Shown: positions 26,827 to 37,900 of the stretch, in pieces
Layout: each line of letters begins with the position of its first letter
Position numbering within the stretch: the first letter of the stretch is position 1
Assembly: GCA_964387845.1 (NCBI GenBank)
Contig: CAYLXA010000010.1
Location: 32,001 to 96,000, forward strand
DNA: 64,000 bases
From: an uncultured bacterium
Lineage (GTDB): Bacteria > Omnitrophota > Omnitrophia > Omnitrophales > Abzuiibacteriaceae
Reading direction: 5' to 3'
Position numbers and translations under genes: made by a program
Notes under the pieces: generated by a model
Seen by the model: only the letters and a program-made list of their open reading frames with translations
What the model was told of the DNA's origin: nothing
Database searches by the model: none

Positions 26827-27938
26827 TATCCGAGACGGCCTGCTGTATTTTTATTATCGATCCAATTTTTAACCGTAACAGTTTGCAAACCGCCACCGCC
26901 GCCTATCGCAGGAAGATTCCTTAAAATATCCGGAGAATACCGGATTTTGGTAAATTCACTTTCGGTCGGTGTAAAGTCAATGCCGCCGATGATCCAACCG
27001 GTATTGGTATCAACGCTCACCAACCCGCCGGTTACGGAAGATGCTTTTTGAAAAATGCAGTTGTTGCAAATCACCAGGCCTTTAAAATGCCCCGCCAGAT
27101 GAACCCATGAATCATGGCTGGTATTATCGACGATTAAAATTCCTGTTCCCGGGTTTGCACTGGTTCCCAAATCAATGCTCGCAACCGGAAAAAGAACGTT
27201 GCCGGACGACGTTGGCGTGTAATAGTAAATTTGATTATTTAAAACACTGGAAGGCGCAGACGTTGATTTGTAGCTGTTTAGAGCCGTGGAATCGCTTGGG
27301 AGGCCCATCACGGCATTCACCGATTGCGTGTCGGCCAAGTCTTGCCCTGTCAACAGCAACTTCGCTGCGGGATTTACCGGCTGGCTCGGGGCAATTCCGT
27401 TACCGCCTACTTTCGGTAGCACAAGCCCGTCAAAAGAAGGATCTGAGCCATAAGCCATTCCGTATGTTCCCGGATTTCCGGTTAAACTTCCGGATGTATT
27501 ATGTTCACGGCCATCGGAAAGAAGACCTGCCAAAAGCATTAATTGGCTTGCACCGGTCATGCTGGCCTTGACTCCGGGAGGCAGCGATTGTCCGATATTA
27601 ACCACCGCTGTCGTGGTTCGTGTCGTGCCGCCATAAGTGCCGGTCGCCGTAATCTTCTTGGTGCTGGCGTCATACAACGCAGAATAAGTACCATTGCCGA
27701 GAGATGTGGAAGAAATGGCGGCGGTATTATTTAATTTCAGCTCCGCAATTTTCCTGTCAAGCGCTGCCTCTGCCAAATAAAACGCCTGAAGCTCGGAAAC
27801 AGACGTCAGTGAATTTCTGGCCTCAACACTCGTTGCCGCATAGGAACTGCTAATAAGAACAGCCAACCCGAAAATAATAAAACAAACCCAAAGCAAGGCC
27901 ATTCCTTTCTCGTTAGTTTGATTAATAAGTCGTTTCAT
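26826..27938 (-). CDS. PilX-like type IV pilus minor pilin or assembly protein
   Basis: The N-terminus MKRLINQTNEKGMALLWVCFIIFGLAVLISS...AFYLAEAALD resembles the PilX N-terminal domain. Confidence 0.5.
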   Translation of the reverse strand: MKRLINQTNEKGMALLWVCFIIFGLAVLISSSYAATSVEARNSLTSVSELQAFYLAEAALDRKIAELKLNNTAAISSTSLGNGTYSALYDASTKKITATGTYGGTTRTTTAVVNIGQSLPPGVKASMTGASQLMLLAGLLSDGREHNTSGSLTGNPGTYGMAYGSDPSFDGLVLPKVGGNGIAPSQPVNPAAKLLLTGQDLADTQSVNAVMGLPSDSTALNSYKSTSAPSSVLNNQIYYYTPTSSGNVLFPVASIDLGTSANPGTGILIVDNTSHDSWVHLAGHFKGLVICNNCIFQKASSVTGGLVSVDTNTGWIIGGIDFTPTESEFTKIRYSPDILRNLPAIGGGGGLQTVTVKNWIDNKNTAGRLG

Positions 27939-27963
27939 GTTTTTAATCCTTTCTCCTCACAAT

Positions 27964-28524
27964 TTATTTATTTCTCAATGAAATTCGAGATGATAAAGAC
28001 TGAGTGCTCGTCGCCACAGTAACTAAAACATAAGCTGCGTTTGTTTGCGAAAATGAAGCCGACGTGATCGACCTTCCGATCACCGCCGAAGTCACAGGAC
28101 TCATCACGCTCGGAATTTGATAGCGCGTAATGGTTTGTGCAACCGAATCGTAAATGTATTTGATTGTCTTATAGGTGGTTGACGTACCCACGGTTGATTC
28201 CGGAACCTTGAATGATAGAGTCGGCGGAGATACAAGAATGCAGACACCGTTCTGAGGATTGTCTACATTGCTGCAGCCGTCGATTCCCTGCCGGGCTTCC
28301 CTTAAATCGCGTTTCACAAACGCGAGCGCGGTGCGAAGATGGTTGCGTTCCACGATATTGGCATTGCTTTGATCAAAAAGGGTTTGCGTCGATTGTATGG
28401 AATTAAAAACAAAAATAGTCGTAATCATCAAAAGAGACATCGTAAAAATCATTTCCAAAATCGAAAATCCCTTTTGTGATCCGATCCAATTTTTATGAAT
28501 GTTTTGATTTTTCATTCTTTCCAT
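27964..28524 (-). CDS. Type IV minor pilin (PilW-like) with a prepilin N-terminal methylation motif
   Basis: KGFSILEMIFTMSLLMI carries G-F-S-I-L-E, with Glu at +5. Confidence 0.65.
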   Translation of the reverse strand: MERMKNQNIHKNWIGSQKGFSILEMIFTMSLLMITTIFVFNSIQSTQTLFDQSNANIVERNHLRTALAFVKRDLREARQGIDGCSNVDNPQNGVCILVSPPTLSFKVPESTVGTSTTYKTIKYIYDSVAQTITRYQIPSVMSPVTSAVIGRSITSASFSQTNAAYVLVTVATSTQSLSSRISLRNK

Positions 28525-28526
28525 TC

Positions 28527-28943
28527 TTATGCCCGCTGCGTCACCAGACTATAAAGCCTGAAAGTCCGCGCCGCACCTTTCTCACTCCAATTGATAGTCA
28601 CTAAAACTTGTAAAGGATCCGTGCCGGTTCCGGCCGGAAATGTCACGCTGACGGATTGGCTTGGAAGTCCCGAAAACGTTTGCCCGGAAACCCAACTGGT
28701 CCAATACGTTGAATCGCTTGCCGAATTACTTCCGGTCAAGCCGTTTGCATTTGCAATGCGCCGAACTTCTTCCATCGTTCTTTCGGCATCATTAGCAGCC
28801 GTAATTTTATTCTGCGCGAACGAGCTTAAACTTGCTGCATACTGAAAGCTGGCGCCGACAGCGGCAATTACAACCGTAATCAAAGTAATAGCGAGTAAAA
28901 TTTCAACAACCGTAAAACCAGATTTTTGATTGCGGTAATTCAT
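28527..28943 (-). CDS. Type IV pilin or pseudopilin (PilV-like) with a prepilin N-terminal methylation motif
   Basis: MNYRNQKSGFTVVEILLAITLITVVIAAVG carries G-F-T-V-V-E. Confidence 0.7.
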   Translation of the reverse strand: MNYRNQKSGFTVVEILLAITLITVVIAAVGASFQYAASLSSFAQNKITAANDAERTMEEVRRIANANGLTGSNSASDSTYWTSWVSGQTFSGLPSQSVSVTFPAGTGTDPLQVLVTINWSEKGAARTFRLYSLVTQRA

Positions 28944-29152
28944 GGCCTTTAAAGTTACGGCTCCTTTCTTAAAATTTTAAATATGCTGAAAATAACTCAA
29001 AACACATCTTCTAAATTCAACCTCTATAATTAAATTTTCCTATGCTGATTTTAGGTTTACAAGGGGCCAAAATAACCTAAAAAACTATCTTAAAAGCTTT
29101 AAAAAGTAGCCCATCCTTTCAGGTAAAGTTTATTGCATTTAAGGATAAAAAC

Positions 29153-29770
29153 TTGTACACTGGGTTCGCTTCTTTAATCAGGAGGTTGGGCGTGCTTGAG
29201 ATGGTTCTGGAAGAAAATTATCCGAAGACAATGACCACTAAAGACGGGAAATCCATTACCGTCAGACCGGTTACTCAAGAAGACGAGCAAGCCCTCATCA
29301 CGTTTTTCAGTGAGTTCCCCGCTGAAGAAGTTGCTTACCTCATTCATGATGTCAGAAACCCCAAAGTCATCCGCCAGTGGCTAAAGAGTCTCGATTACGA
29401 ACGGGCCCTTCCGCTTGTCGCAATTTATGAAGGAAAAATTATTGGGGATGCGGTGCTCAATCAAGACGCCCGGGGATGGCAAACGCATGTCGGCCATGTG
29501 GCAACTTTTACTCATCCCAATTACCGCGGCATCGGCCTCGCCAGGCTGCTTGTAGGAGAAATCATCGAAATCGGCATGCATTGCGGATTGGTCAAACTGG
29601 ATGCAGAGTTTATGGGAGAGCAAGGAAAACCGATGTCTGCATTTCAAGAAATGGGTTTCGTGCCGACCGCAACTTTGCCGGGGCATGTTCAGGATATCAA
29701 GGGCAATTTTCACGACCTTGTGATCCTGGTTTACGATTTGCGTTCCGAAGAACGTTACGCTGCTGATTAA
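29153..29770 (+). CDS. GNAT family N-acetyltransferase
   Basis: The acetyl-CoA binding motif YRGIGLARLLV is present. The real start may be the internal Met at about 29198. Confidence 0.65.
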   Translation: MYTGFASLIRRLGVLEMVLEENYPKTMTTKDGKSITVRPVTQEDEQALITFFSEFPAEEVAYLIHDVRNPKVIRQWLKSLDYERALPLVAIYEGKIIGDAVLNQDARGWQTHVGHVATFTHPNYRGIGLARLLVGEIIEIGMHCGLVKLDAEFMGEQGKPMSAFQEMGFVPTATLPGHVQDIKGNFHDLVILVYDLRSEERYAAD

Positions 29771-29803
29771 TTTTTAAAAGGGGTTCTTCTCTCAGATTTT
29801 GCC

Positions 29804-31405
29804 ATGCCGAACGCACTCCCCCTGATTGCTGACCGCGAATGGGAAGTTTTTATCATCGGCGGCGGCATCAACGGATGCGCCATCGCACGCGATTCAGTCC
29901 TCCGCGGTTTTAAGACCGCACTCGTCGAACGGAATGATTTCGCTTCCCAAACTTCAAGCCGTACCACCAAACTCATTCATGGCGGCATCCGCTATCTCGA
30001 ACAAATGGAGTTTGGTCTCGTTTACGAATGTCTCCATGAACGCACAATTCTCATGACGATCGCACCGCACTTGGTGCGTCCGCTTCCATTCTTAATTCCG
30101 GTGATGAAAAGCGACCGCTATCCCCTGCCGTTTGTCCAATTCGGAACCTGGCTTTACGCGATGCTGGCCGGCCGCGATCAAATCAAACCCAAAGAAAATT
30201 TCTCATCAAAAAACCTTTTAAGCCGGTATCCGTTTCTGGACAAATCAAAACTAAAAGGTGCGGTCCGGTATTTTGATGCGCAAATGGATGACATCCGGCT
30301 TTGCCTTGAAACCGCATTATCCGCCCAAATGGAAGGCGCTGCGATTGCCAATCACGTTGAAGTCACCCGGATCGGAATCCGGAAAGACGGAAAATTCGAC
30401 ATCACAATGGAAGATACGCTTACGCGTGATCAAGCAAAGGCCCGCGCAGTTAAAATCATCAATGCCGCAGGCCCTTGGGCAGACCGGATGCTTTCGATTT
30501 TAGAACCCCGCCACAAACCTTTGCTTCATTTGAGCAAAGGCGTGCATTTGATTACCAAGAAAAAAATCTCCGATGATGCCATTTTGCTTTTATCAAGCGA
30601 CAACCGTGTCATTTTCATTATCCCCTGGCATGATAAATCCTTAATCGGAACAACCGATACCGAATTTCGCGGCTTGCCGGAAGATGCTGTAGCTACCGAA
30701 GATGACATTTCATTTTTATTGGATGAGGTAAAGCGGATCGGGCCTGATTTGAACATCAGCCGGCGGGATATTGTTACTACCTTTGCCGGTGTACGGCCGA
30801 TTGCCGTGGGGAGCGCTAAAAATACGGCAAAATTAAGCAGGCGCCATGTGATCCGGGAACTGCCTCCTGGATTTTTCTCGATCGCCGGCGGAAAATATAC
30901 GACACACCGCTTGCTTGCACAGGAAGTTTGCGATTTGCTTGAAAAGTCCCTGAAAAAATCAAAGCGTCTGTGCAAAACTGCCGAAATGCCGCTCCTCGGA
31001 AGTTTTGACCTGCCTTACGAGGAAGCCAATTTTCACATTCCAAATGATATCTCCGGGCTCAATCGGAATACGCTGGAACATTTGATCCAAATTTACGGGC
31101 GCCAAATCAGGCATGTGGTTGCCGTTGCAAACCGCAGCCAAAATTTACAGAAACCATTCTGCGCGCATCATGCCATAATCGGTGCACAAGTCATTTATGC
31201 CATTGAGCATGAGCTTGCACAAACTTTAGCGGATGTCTGCGTGAGAAGGCTCCGGCTTGACCAAACCGCCTGCCGCGGACTTGATTGTGTCAGAAAAGTA
31301 GCCGATTTGATGTCAGACCGGCTCCGTTGGTCACCTGCCAAGAAAGAAACGGAAGTAGCCCACTATTTGGATTGGGTTAAATTAAACACGCAATTCGTGG
31401 TTTAG
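29804..31405 (+). CDS. glpD: FAD-dependent glycerol-3-phosphate dehydrogenase (GlpD/GlpA family)
   Basis: FAD motif FIIGGGINGCAIARD, plus the TTKLIHGGIRYLEQ and DAO/DAO_C domain pattern. Confidence 0.9.
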   Translation: MPNALPLIADREWEVFIIGGGINGCAIARDSVLRGFKTALVERNDFASQTSSRTTKLIHGGIRYLEQMEFGLVYECLHERTILMTIAPHLVRPLPFLIPVMKSDRYPLPFVQFGTWLYAMLAGRDQIKPKENFSSKNLLSRYPFLDKSKLKGAVRYFDAQMDDIRLCLETALSAQMEGAAIANHVEVTRIGIRKDGKFDITMEDTLTRDQAKARAVKIINAAGPWADRMLSILEPRHKPLLHLSKGVHLITKKKISDDAILLLSSDNRVIFIIPWHDKSLIGTTDTEFRGLPEDAVATEDDISFLLDEVKRIGPDLNISRRDIVTTFAGVRPIAVGSAKNTAKLSRRHVIRELPPGFFSIAGGKYTTHRLLAQEVCDLLEKSLKKSKRLCKTAEMPLLGSFDLPYEEANFHIPNDISGLNRNTLEHLIQIYGRQIRHVVAVANRSQNLQKPFCAHHAIIGAQVIYAIEHELAQTLADVCVRRLRLDQTACRGLDCVRKVADLMSDRLRWSPAKKETEVAHYLDWVKLNTQFVV

Positions 31406-32089
31406 TCAATTTTTCGATACGTAGGCCAAAAATTGCTCGGCGTTTTCCAGATTGGGCAACAAAAAATCAGGGTTGAGCATCTTCAACTGTTCTACGGAAA
31501 GCGAACCGGTTGCAACTCCGATGGCATGAAGTCCGAGCGCTTTGGCGCAAGCCATGTCGGCTTGAGCGTCCCCAACTAGAAAAATATTCTTCTTTTCAAT
31601 CGGTTTTCCGAATGATTGAAGGCCGCGTTCAAGTGCTTTTTCGGTCATTTGAAGCCGGTCATGAGAATCACTGCCGTAGCCGCCGAAAGAAAAAAAGTGA
31701 TCAATTTTTCCGCGCTTCAATTTTCGAATCGCCGTCTCCTTGTAATTTCCGGTCGCGATACCCAAATGATATTTTTCCTGCGACAACATGCTCAGAAGTT
31801 TCTCGACTCCCAGCAACAACTTGAAATGAACAACCTGTTCAAACATATCGTTAAAATATTGAATATAGCGCTTGGTCACTTCGGTTTTCTCAGAATCTTC
31901 GAGCTTCCGGCCCAGTGCCGACTGCGCAAGATCGTGAATGATGAGGCAGTCTGTTTTTCCGTGCGGATCATAATTTCCCCAGACATTGTCGATTTGGAAC
32001 ATTTCCTGAAAAATCCGGTTAAACGCGATTCGACCGATGCCGCCTGCCAGTAGCAATGTGCCGTCGATATCGAAAATAATGATTTTCAT
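31406..32089 (-). CDS. HAD-superfamily hydrolase (phosphoglycolate phosphatase-like)
   Basis: MKIIIFDIDGTLL (motif I DxDGT), motif II GIATGN and motif IV GDAQAD are present. Confidence 0.85.
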   Translation of the reverse strand: MKIIIFDIDGTLLLAGGIGRIAFNRIFQEMFQIDNVWGNYDPHGKTDCLIIHDLAQSALGRKLEDSEKTEVTKRYIQYFNDMFEQVVHFKLLLGVEKLLSMLSQEKYHLGIATGNYKETAIRKLKRGKIDHFFSFGGYGSDSHDRLQMTEKALERGLQSFGKPIEKKNIFLVGDAQADMACAKALGLHAIGVATGSLSVEQLKMLNPDFLLPNLENAEQFLAYVSKN

Positions 32090-32092
32090 CGG

Positions 32093-33265
32093 TTAAGCCA
32101 AAAAACTATAAGCCGGTAAATTGTCTCCGATCAGCGGAAGCGCGTATTCGCCAAATGCTTTGGTGACAAAATTTCCCTCACGATTGATAAACCGATCCGG
32201 AAGCTTCTTTTCGGTAGCGGCCACGTGCTCCAGCGGAATTTGAGAATATAAAACGCGGTATGGCTTTGTTGAAACCCGCTCGATGGCAACCATGACACCC
32301 GAATAATCGGATCTTGCCAAGCGGACCGCGTGCCGGCCGCACTGAAAAGCTTCTTTTTGATCAATTTTCGAAATATACGGCATCGACATGCGCTGAAGGG
32401 TACCGGGTTTATCAAACCGAGCGCGAATCTTGAGTTTCTGGGCAATAAGTCCGCACAAATACTGCGCTGCGCCTTCGACATACACATGGCCGAATTTATC
32501 TTTTTTAACGGCTTGATTGGCAGAACCGATTCGCTTTCCGTTTTTGTCGCGGATAGTCTCCGAGATAACGATCAATGCATAACCAAATTTCTTATGAATT
32601 TTCCGGACATCTTGTATGAATTTCTTTTCATCAAACGCCCGCTCCGGAAAATACAAAAGATGTGGGCCATCCTCCGGCTTCTGTATGGCCAGCGTCGAAG
32701 CGGCCACGATCCAGCCCGAGTTTCTGCCCATCACTTCAATAATTTTGACCGGATCCGTCGTCCTTGCGGCACGCGTATCCACGGAAGCTTCCTGGGCAGC
32801 AATTGCAAAAAAACGCGCGACACTGCCGTAACCCGGCGCATGGTCCATGCCGGGCAAATCGTTATCAATCGTTTTAGGAATTGCAATGACTTGAAGGTCT
32901 TGCTCATCTGCGCGTGCCGTTTTCTCCAAGAGGAGCCCCGTTGCGGCCGAATCATTGCCACCGATTAAAAACAAGACGCTGATTTTCTTTTTACTCAACG
33001 TTCTAACAATGGCTCTTGCTTCTCTAACGTTTAATTTATGCCGGCAGGTTCCGAGCGCCGAAGACGGTGATTGCTTTAAATTTTGGATGGTTTTTTTCGG
33101 AAGATGCGTTAAATCAATCCAATCTGATTTTAAAAGCCCGAGGACACCAAATTTGACACCGTAAAGCTTTGAGAATTCCCTGCTCGATTCGATCACGCCC
33201 GCCAAACTTTGATTGATAACGGCTGTCGCGCCGCCGGACTGCAAAATAACCGCACGTTTTTTCAT
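32093..33265 (-). CDS. pfk: 6-phosphofructokinase (PFK-A family, ATP- or PPi-dependent)
   Basis: VILQSGGATAVIN, IGGNDSAATG and IEVMGRNSGWIVAAS are present. Confidence 0.85.
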   Translation of the reverse strand: MKKRAVILQSGGATAVINQSLAGVIESSREFSKLYGVKFGVLGLLKSDWIDLTHLPKKTIQNLKQSPSSALGTCRHKLNVREARAIVRTLSKKKISVLFLIGGNDSAATGLLLEKTARADEQDLQVIAIPKTIDNDLPGMDHAPGYGSVARFFAIAAQEASVDTRAARTTDPVKIIEVMGRNSGWIVAASTLAIQKPEDGPHLLYFPERAFDEKKFIQDVRKIHKKFGYALIVISETIRDKNGKRIGSANQAVKKDKFGHVYVEGAAQYLCGLIAQKLKIRARFDKPGTLQRMSMPYISKIDQKEAFQCGRHAVRLARSDYSGVMVAIERVSTKPYRVLYSQIPLEHVAATEKKLPDRFINREGNFVTKAFGEYALPLIGDNLPAYSFLA

Positions 33266-34038
33266 GATGAATGTTTCATTATAAATTGAATAGGCCGTTC
33301 GTAAAAATCCGGACCGGCTTGAAACGGCAGTTCATTATGTGTCCCGCCCCGAACCTCAAATAATTCTTTCGGCTGAGGCGCTGCTTCAAAAAGTTGTTTT
33401 CCCATTTCGAACGGACAGATTTCATCGTCGGTGCCGTGAACAATCAATAAAGGTGATTTCAATTTCGATACTTTTTCGTCGTTTCGCATTTGAAATCCCG
33501 AAAGCCATCCCGACGGAATGAAAGGATAATGCTTTTTTGCCATATCGGCAAGCGAAGTAAAGGGGGCTTCTAAAATTACCGCTTTGTATGCCGAATGAGA
33601 CGCAAGCTCTAAGATTGGGGCCGCGCCGATGGATTCGCCGTATAGAATAATATCCGAACTTTTAATTGTTTTTTCTTTTGTAAGCCAGTCAAGCCCCGAT
33701 TGCGCATCAGCATACAAGTCTTTTTCGCCCGTGATTTTTCCTTCACTTTTTCCGTAGCTGCGATAATCCAGCAAAAAAACCGAAAACCCGCGCTTGATCC
33801 ATTCTTCCGCTTTAAATAAGCGGTCCGCGATATTGCCCGCGTTGCCGTGTAAAAAGTAAACAACGCCTTTGGGCCCGGGCGCAGGCAAAAACCATCCGGA
33901 GATTTTAACATTGTCAGATGTCATAAGGAGAACCGTCTCCGACTTAAGGCCTAAATTCTCAGGCAAAACACCGTAGGATCCGGCCGGAAAGAAGATAAAC
34001 GATGCGATCATGATGTTCAGGAGTTGTGCGATATTCAT
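33262..34038 (-). CDS. Alpha/beta hydrolase (S9/S33-like)
   Basis: HGNAGN, the GESIGAAP nucleophile elbow and VHGTDDEICP are present. Confidence 0.85.
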   Translation of the reverse strand: MNIAQLLNIMIASFIFFPAGSYGVLPENLGLKSETVLLMTSDNVKISGWFLPAPGPKGVVYFLHGNAGNIADRLFKAEEWIKRGFSVFLLDYRSYGKSEGKITGEKDLYADAQSGLDWLTKEKTIKSSDIILYGESIGAAPILELASHSAYKAVILEAPFTSLADMAKKHYPFIPSGWLSGFQMRNDEKVSKLKSPLLIVHGTDDEICPFEMGKQLFEAAPQPKELFEVRGGTHNELPFQAGPDFYERPIQFIMKHSS

Positions 34039-34123
34039 TTAAAGTGACGGATATTATCGCACAAAACAAGGAAAGCGGAAAGAGTAAGCCCTTGTGCTGG
34101 CTTAATTGAGCTGCGTGAGAGCC

Positions 34124-34516
34124 TTAGGCAGATTTTCTGGTCGTCGCGAATCCTAAAAACCGGGAAACCAAAGTCGTTTCCACAGAAAATGCGGAATTGC
34201 GCCGAAGAGATTCAAAACTAGCGTCGGCCTTGGCTTGTACGTCACGATTCAGCATATCGCTCAAAGCCGGCAGCATATCGTCCGCACGCGCCTCAACCGA
34301 AATTGATTTTGTCCGAATCTCCTCAATTTCATACTTCGCTGATTCAGGCTGTAATGCTTCGGTTGTAATATTGATGCCGGCCGAATGAGAAGCGCCCGGC
34401 AAAATAATCTGCGGATTGAATACTTCGGCTTCGTGAATCGGCTGAGCAAACATAGGCTGGCCGAATATAAAGACACATACCAATAAAATCTTAAGGAACT
34501 TAATCGGGTTTTTCAT
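34124..34516 (-). CDS. Hypothetical small secreted protein
   Basis: Signal peptide MKNPIKFLKILLVCVFIFGQPMFA. No recognisable family. Confidence 0.4.
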   Translation of the reverse strand: MKNPIKFLKILLVCVFIFGQPMFAQPIHEAEVFNPQIILPGASHSAGINITTEALQPESAKYEIEEIRTKSISVEARADDMLPALSDMLNRDVQAKADASFESLRRNSAFSVETTLVSRFLGFATTRKSA

Positions 34517-34968
34517 CTTCTCTTATCCTTTCTGGTTCTGCCCGAGCTCACTTCAAGCAAAGGCATAAGAGAAGAAACGGTGGGATTTATTTCAGCGTCT
34601 CTTTCAAAATGCCCCTCTGAGAATCTTTCGAAAAAGAATCTCTCAGAAGGGCTTTGAAAGAGTCCTTCTAAGAAGATTGGCAACCCAGCCTTCCTCACCC
34701 GTCCGTGTAGGAACCGTGGCTTTGCGTCACCGGATTACTCCCCCGCTAAACTGAATAGCGAGTCCGCCAAGATTTGTGGCGGAAGTTTTGCCTTTTTCAG
34801 ACCTCCTAAAATGTGAGCTTTCAACGAGCAACTTGCTTAATAAAAAGGTGCCCCATGACTTTTTTAATGTCAAGAGTAACACCCCTCTTTTTTCAATACA
34901 AAAGGGAGTTATTTTAACGCTTAAATATGTATGTAAGTCATTAATATATAATGACTTACATCAATTTA

Positions 34969-37900
34969 TTAGGAGAATAATGCGGGTTGTCTGCGAGTCG
35001 ACCACTGAGGAAAAAGAGGAGATAACAGTTGGCTGACATCAATTCCTAAGCCGGCAAATCCTGAAAAAACAGGCGGAACCGGCGGAATATTGGGAAAAAG
35101 GAGGTTTCCGTTAAAAAACACATTTCCGGAAGGCTCATTGGGGCCGCCTAAATCGAAATTCAGGTCGGTATTCGGATTCACTAATTCACCATTAATATCA
35201 CCGTCGATGCTAATCGATGTACCGCCGCCATCTTGGCCGCCTGCGATTGTGGTCAGAACCGCACCGTTATTAATATCAACATCGATGCCGTCACCGGTGA
35301 CGCCAATCGTACCGCCTGCTGTTATACTGGAATCGGATCCGGCCGTAATATTATTCGCTGCACCGTTTCCATCCAGGACATTTCCGGTTGTGGCTTCAAT
35401 CATCACACTGCCATTGCCGGCATTAATGGTTCCTAAAATAAGGTCACCTGTCGGCGTAATCACGCAAATATCGCCATTCGCAACGGATGAATTGGCATTG
35501 ATCGTCGCCCCATCGGCCTCCATGATGAAAATACCGCCGGTTTGGCTGATCGCGTTGATCGTATTCGCTGCGGTATTCATTTTATTGAGAAGTGTTCCGA
35601 CCGAATTTCCAAAAAATTCAATATTGCTGCTCGTAATCACCGTTCCGATATTTCCGTCATCAAAAACATTGCCTGCTTGCGCCGTAAAACTCGCTGAGTT
35701 GGTCGTGTTCACACTGCCGACGGTGATATCGCCCGCCGTTGTGGTCAATGAAAAATCAGAATAACCGTTGATGCCTGTTGCCGAAGAAGCGCCGCCTGCT
35801 GTTGCGGTGACTGAGCCATTGGTCAAAAAGTTAGCGCCCGTAAAATTCATCCCGTTCAAACTGTTCATCGCAATGTTGCCATTCGCCGTGCTTTGAGCCA
35901 CAAATGAATTCACATTAAAATCAATGTCGCCGTTTGCAAGTGCAGAACCAATATTCCCAAGCGCCGTCAAGGAAAGTGAATTTGCATTAATCCGCGTTGA
36001 TTGCACAAAATCATCCACGATATTTCCGCCGGATGCGGTCAATGTTACATCGCCGTTGCCGGCATTGATACTTTGCAACGCCGCATCACCCAGAACCATA
36101 TCGCCTGTGGCGCTATTAATATTGATATCGCCATTCGCAGCCGAAGAATCCAAACCTTGAATGGTGACCGCGTCTAATTCATCAATAAAAATACCGCCGT
36201 TATTTGCAGTAATGCTGAGCGTAGCTGCTGCTGTGTTAATTTTGTTAGCAAGTGTCCCAACGGCATCTCCGATTAATGTGATGAGCCCGCCTGTGATTCT
36301 GGTAGCGTTGTTGGCGTCATCCACCAAATTTCCAGCTGCCGCCGAAAGCACCACATCACCCAAGCCTGCGTTGATGGTTCCAATGGTTAAATTGCCGAGT
36401 GTTGAAACAACATCAATCGTGCCATTTGCAGCCGAAGAATTCATATTGTTCAAAGTTGCGCCATTGGATTCACGCAAGAAAATGCCGCCGGCGTTTGCGG
36501 TTGCGTTCAATGTTGCTGCCGTCGTATTAATTCTCGCCGCCAAAGTTCCGATTGCATTTCCGACAAGCGTAATCACGTTGCCGCTTAAATTAGAAGTAGC
36601 ATCTACCAGATTTCCCGCGAGCGCTGTTAAACCGATATTTCCGGCTGTCGTGATAGTGCCAAGATTTAGATCGCCGGTTGTGGACGTCACATTGATATCG
36701 CCGGAACCCGTTGTGGCACCGACGGTCGCTCCGTTGGATTCTGTGACGTTGATTTCGCCTGTGCCGGTTCCTGTGATGTTAAGAGTTGTGGCCGTGGTAT
36801 TAATCGCAGCGCCTGATTGACCCACGTCACCGTCCGCGCCGCCTGCAATTAAGTTCACAATCACACCTGCAACACTGGAAGCCACGCCACCCAATAAGTC
36901 ACCTGCCAAAGCTGTTAAAGTTACATTGCCGGTTGTGGAGATGGTTCCAAGCGTTAAATCACCGGTGGTTGTTCTGACATCAATATTGCCGGAACCTGTC
37001 GTGGCGCCGACTGTCGCTCCGTTCGACTCTGTTACGAAAATATCGCCTGTGCCCGCACCGGTTAAGTTTAACGTGCCGGCCGTGGTCATAATTCGTCTCG
37101 TAGAAGTTCCGACATCACCGTCCGCGCCGCCCGCTGCGAGATTGACTGTAGTGCCGGTTACGGATGAATCCGCGTTCGTGTCGGTCACATCGCCATTTGA
37201 AGCAGCTAACGTCACTGCATTCGTAGCGCTCACGGTCCCGACTTCGAGATCACCCGAAGTGGTTGTCATGGAAAAATTTGTGTAGCCGGTTGCGCCGGTA
37301 ATGGACGAAGCACCCTCGGTTGTAACTGTCACAGACCCGGCGGTAACAAAATCAGCGCCCGTTAAAGTCGCGCCGCCGCCTGCGATTCTCGCAAAAATAT
37401 CACCATTACCAGAACTTGTCAGCGCTCCGACATTAGTAGTGGATGTGATATCCACGTCGCCATTCGCAGCTGATGAACCGATATTACTGGACGCGGTCAT
37501 GTTCACAGTTGAAGCAGAAACCGCCGTCGCTTGATTTCCGTCATCTAAAATGTGCCCGGCGTTGGCATTAACCGTCACCGTGTTTTCGGCATTCACAGTG
37601 CCAAGCGTCACATTACCGGTGGTTGCCGTTAAATCGATATTGTTTGTGCCGGTCCCGGTGGCAGAAGCATTGACGACCGTTAAATCACCGGCAGCCGTAA
37701 TAATAATTGAATCATTTACGGCAGATGCGTTGTTAACCGTCAGCGCCTGATCATTGGTAACGATAATTCGCCCATTGGCAGCAGCTGCATTCAGGGAGTT
37801 TGCACTAAGGTCAATATCGCGATTGCCGGTCGTTTGTCCGATATCCACCGCCGCATTGAGCGTTACTTCGTCGCCCGTAATTCGGGTTGCATCATCGTTA

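Noticed and set aside
34969-35200. Possible CdiA-CT-type polymorphic toxin tip at the C-termini of the TpsA proteins.
   Set aside because: The C-terminal tails after the repeats are only about 60 aa, are homologous between the two paralogs, and show no VENN/pretoxin boundary or nuclease-like motifs.
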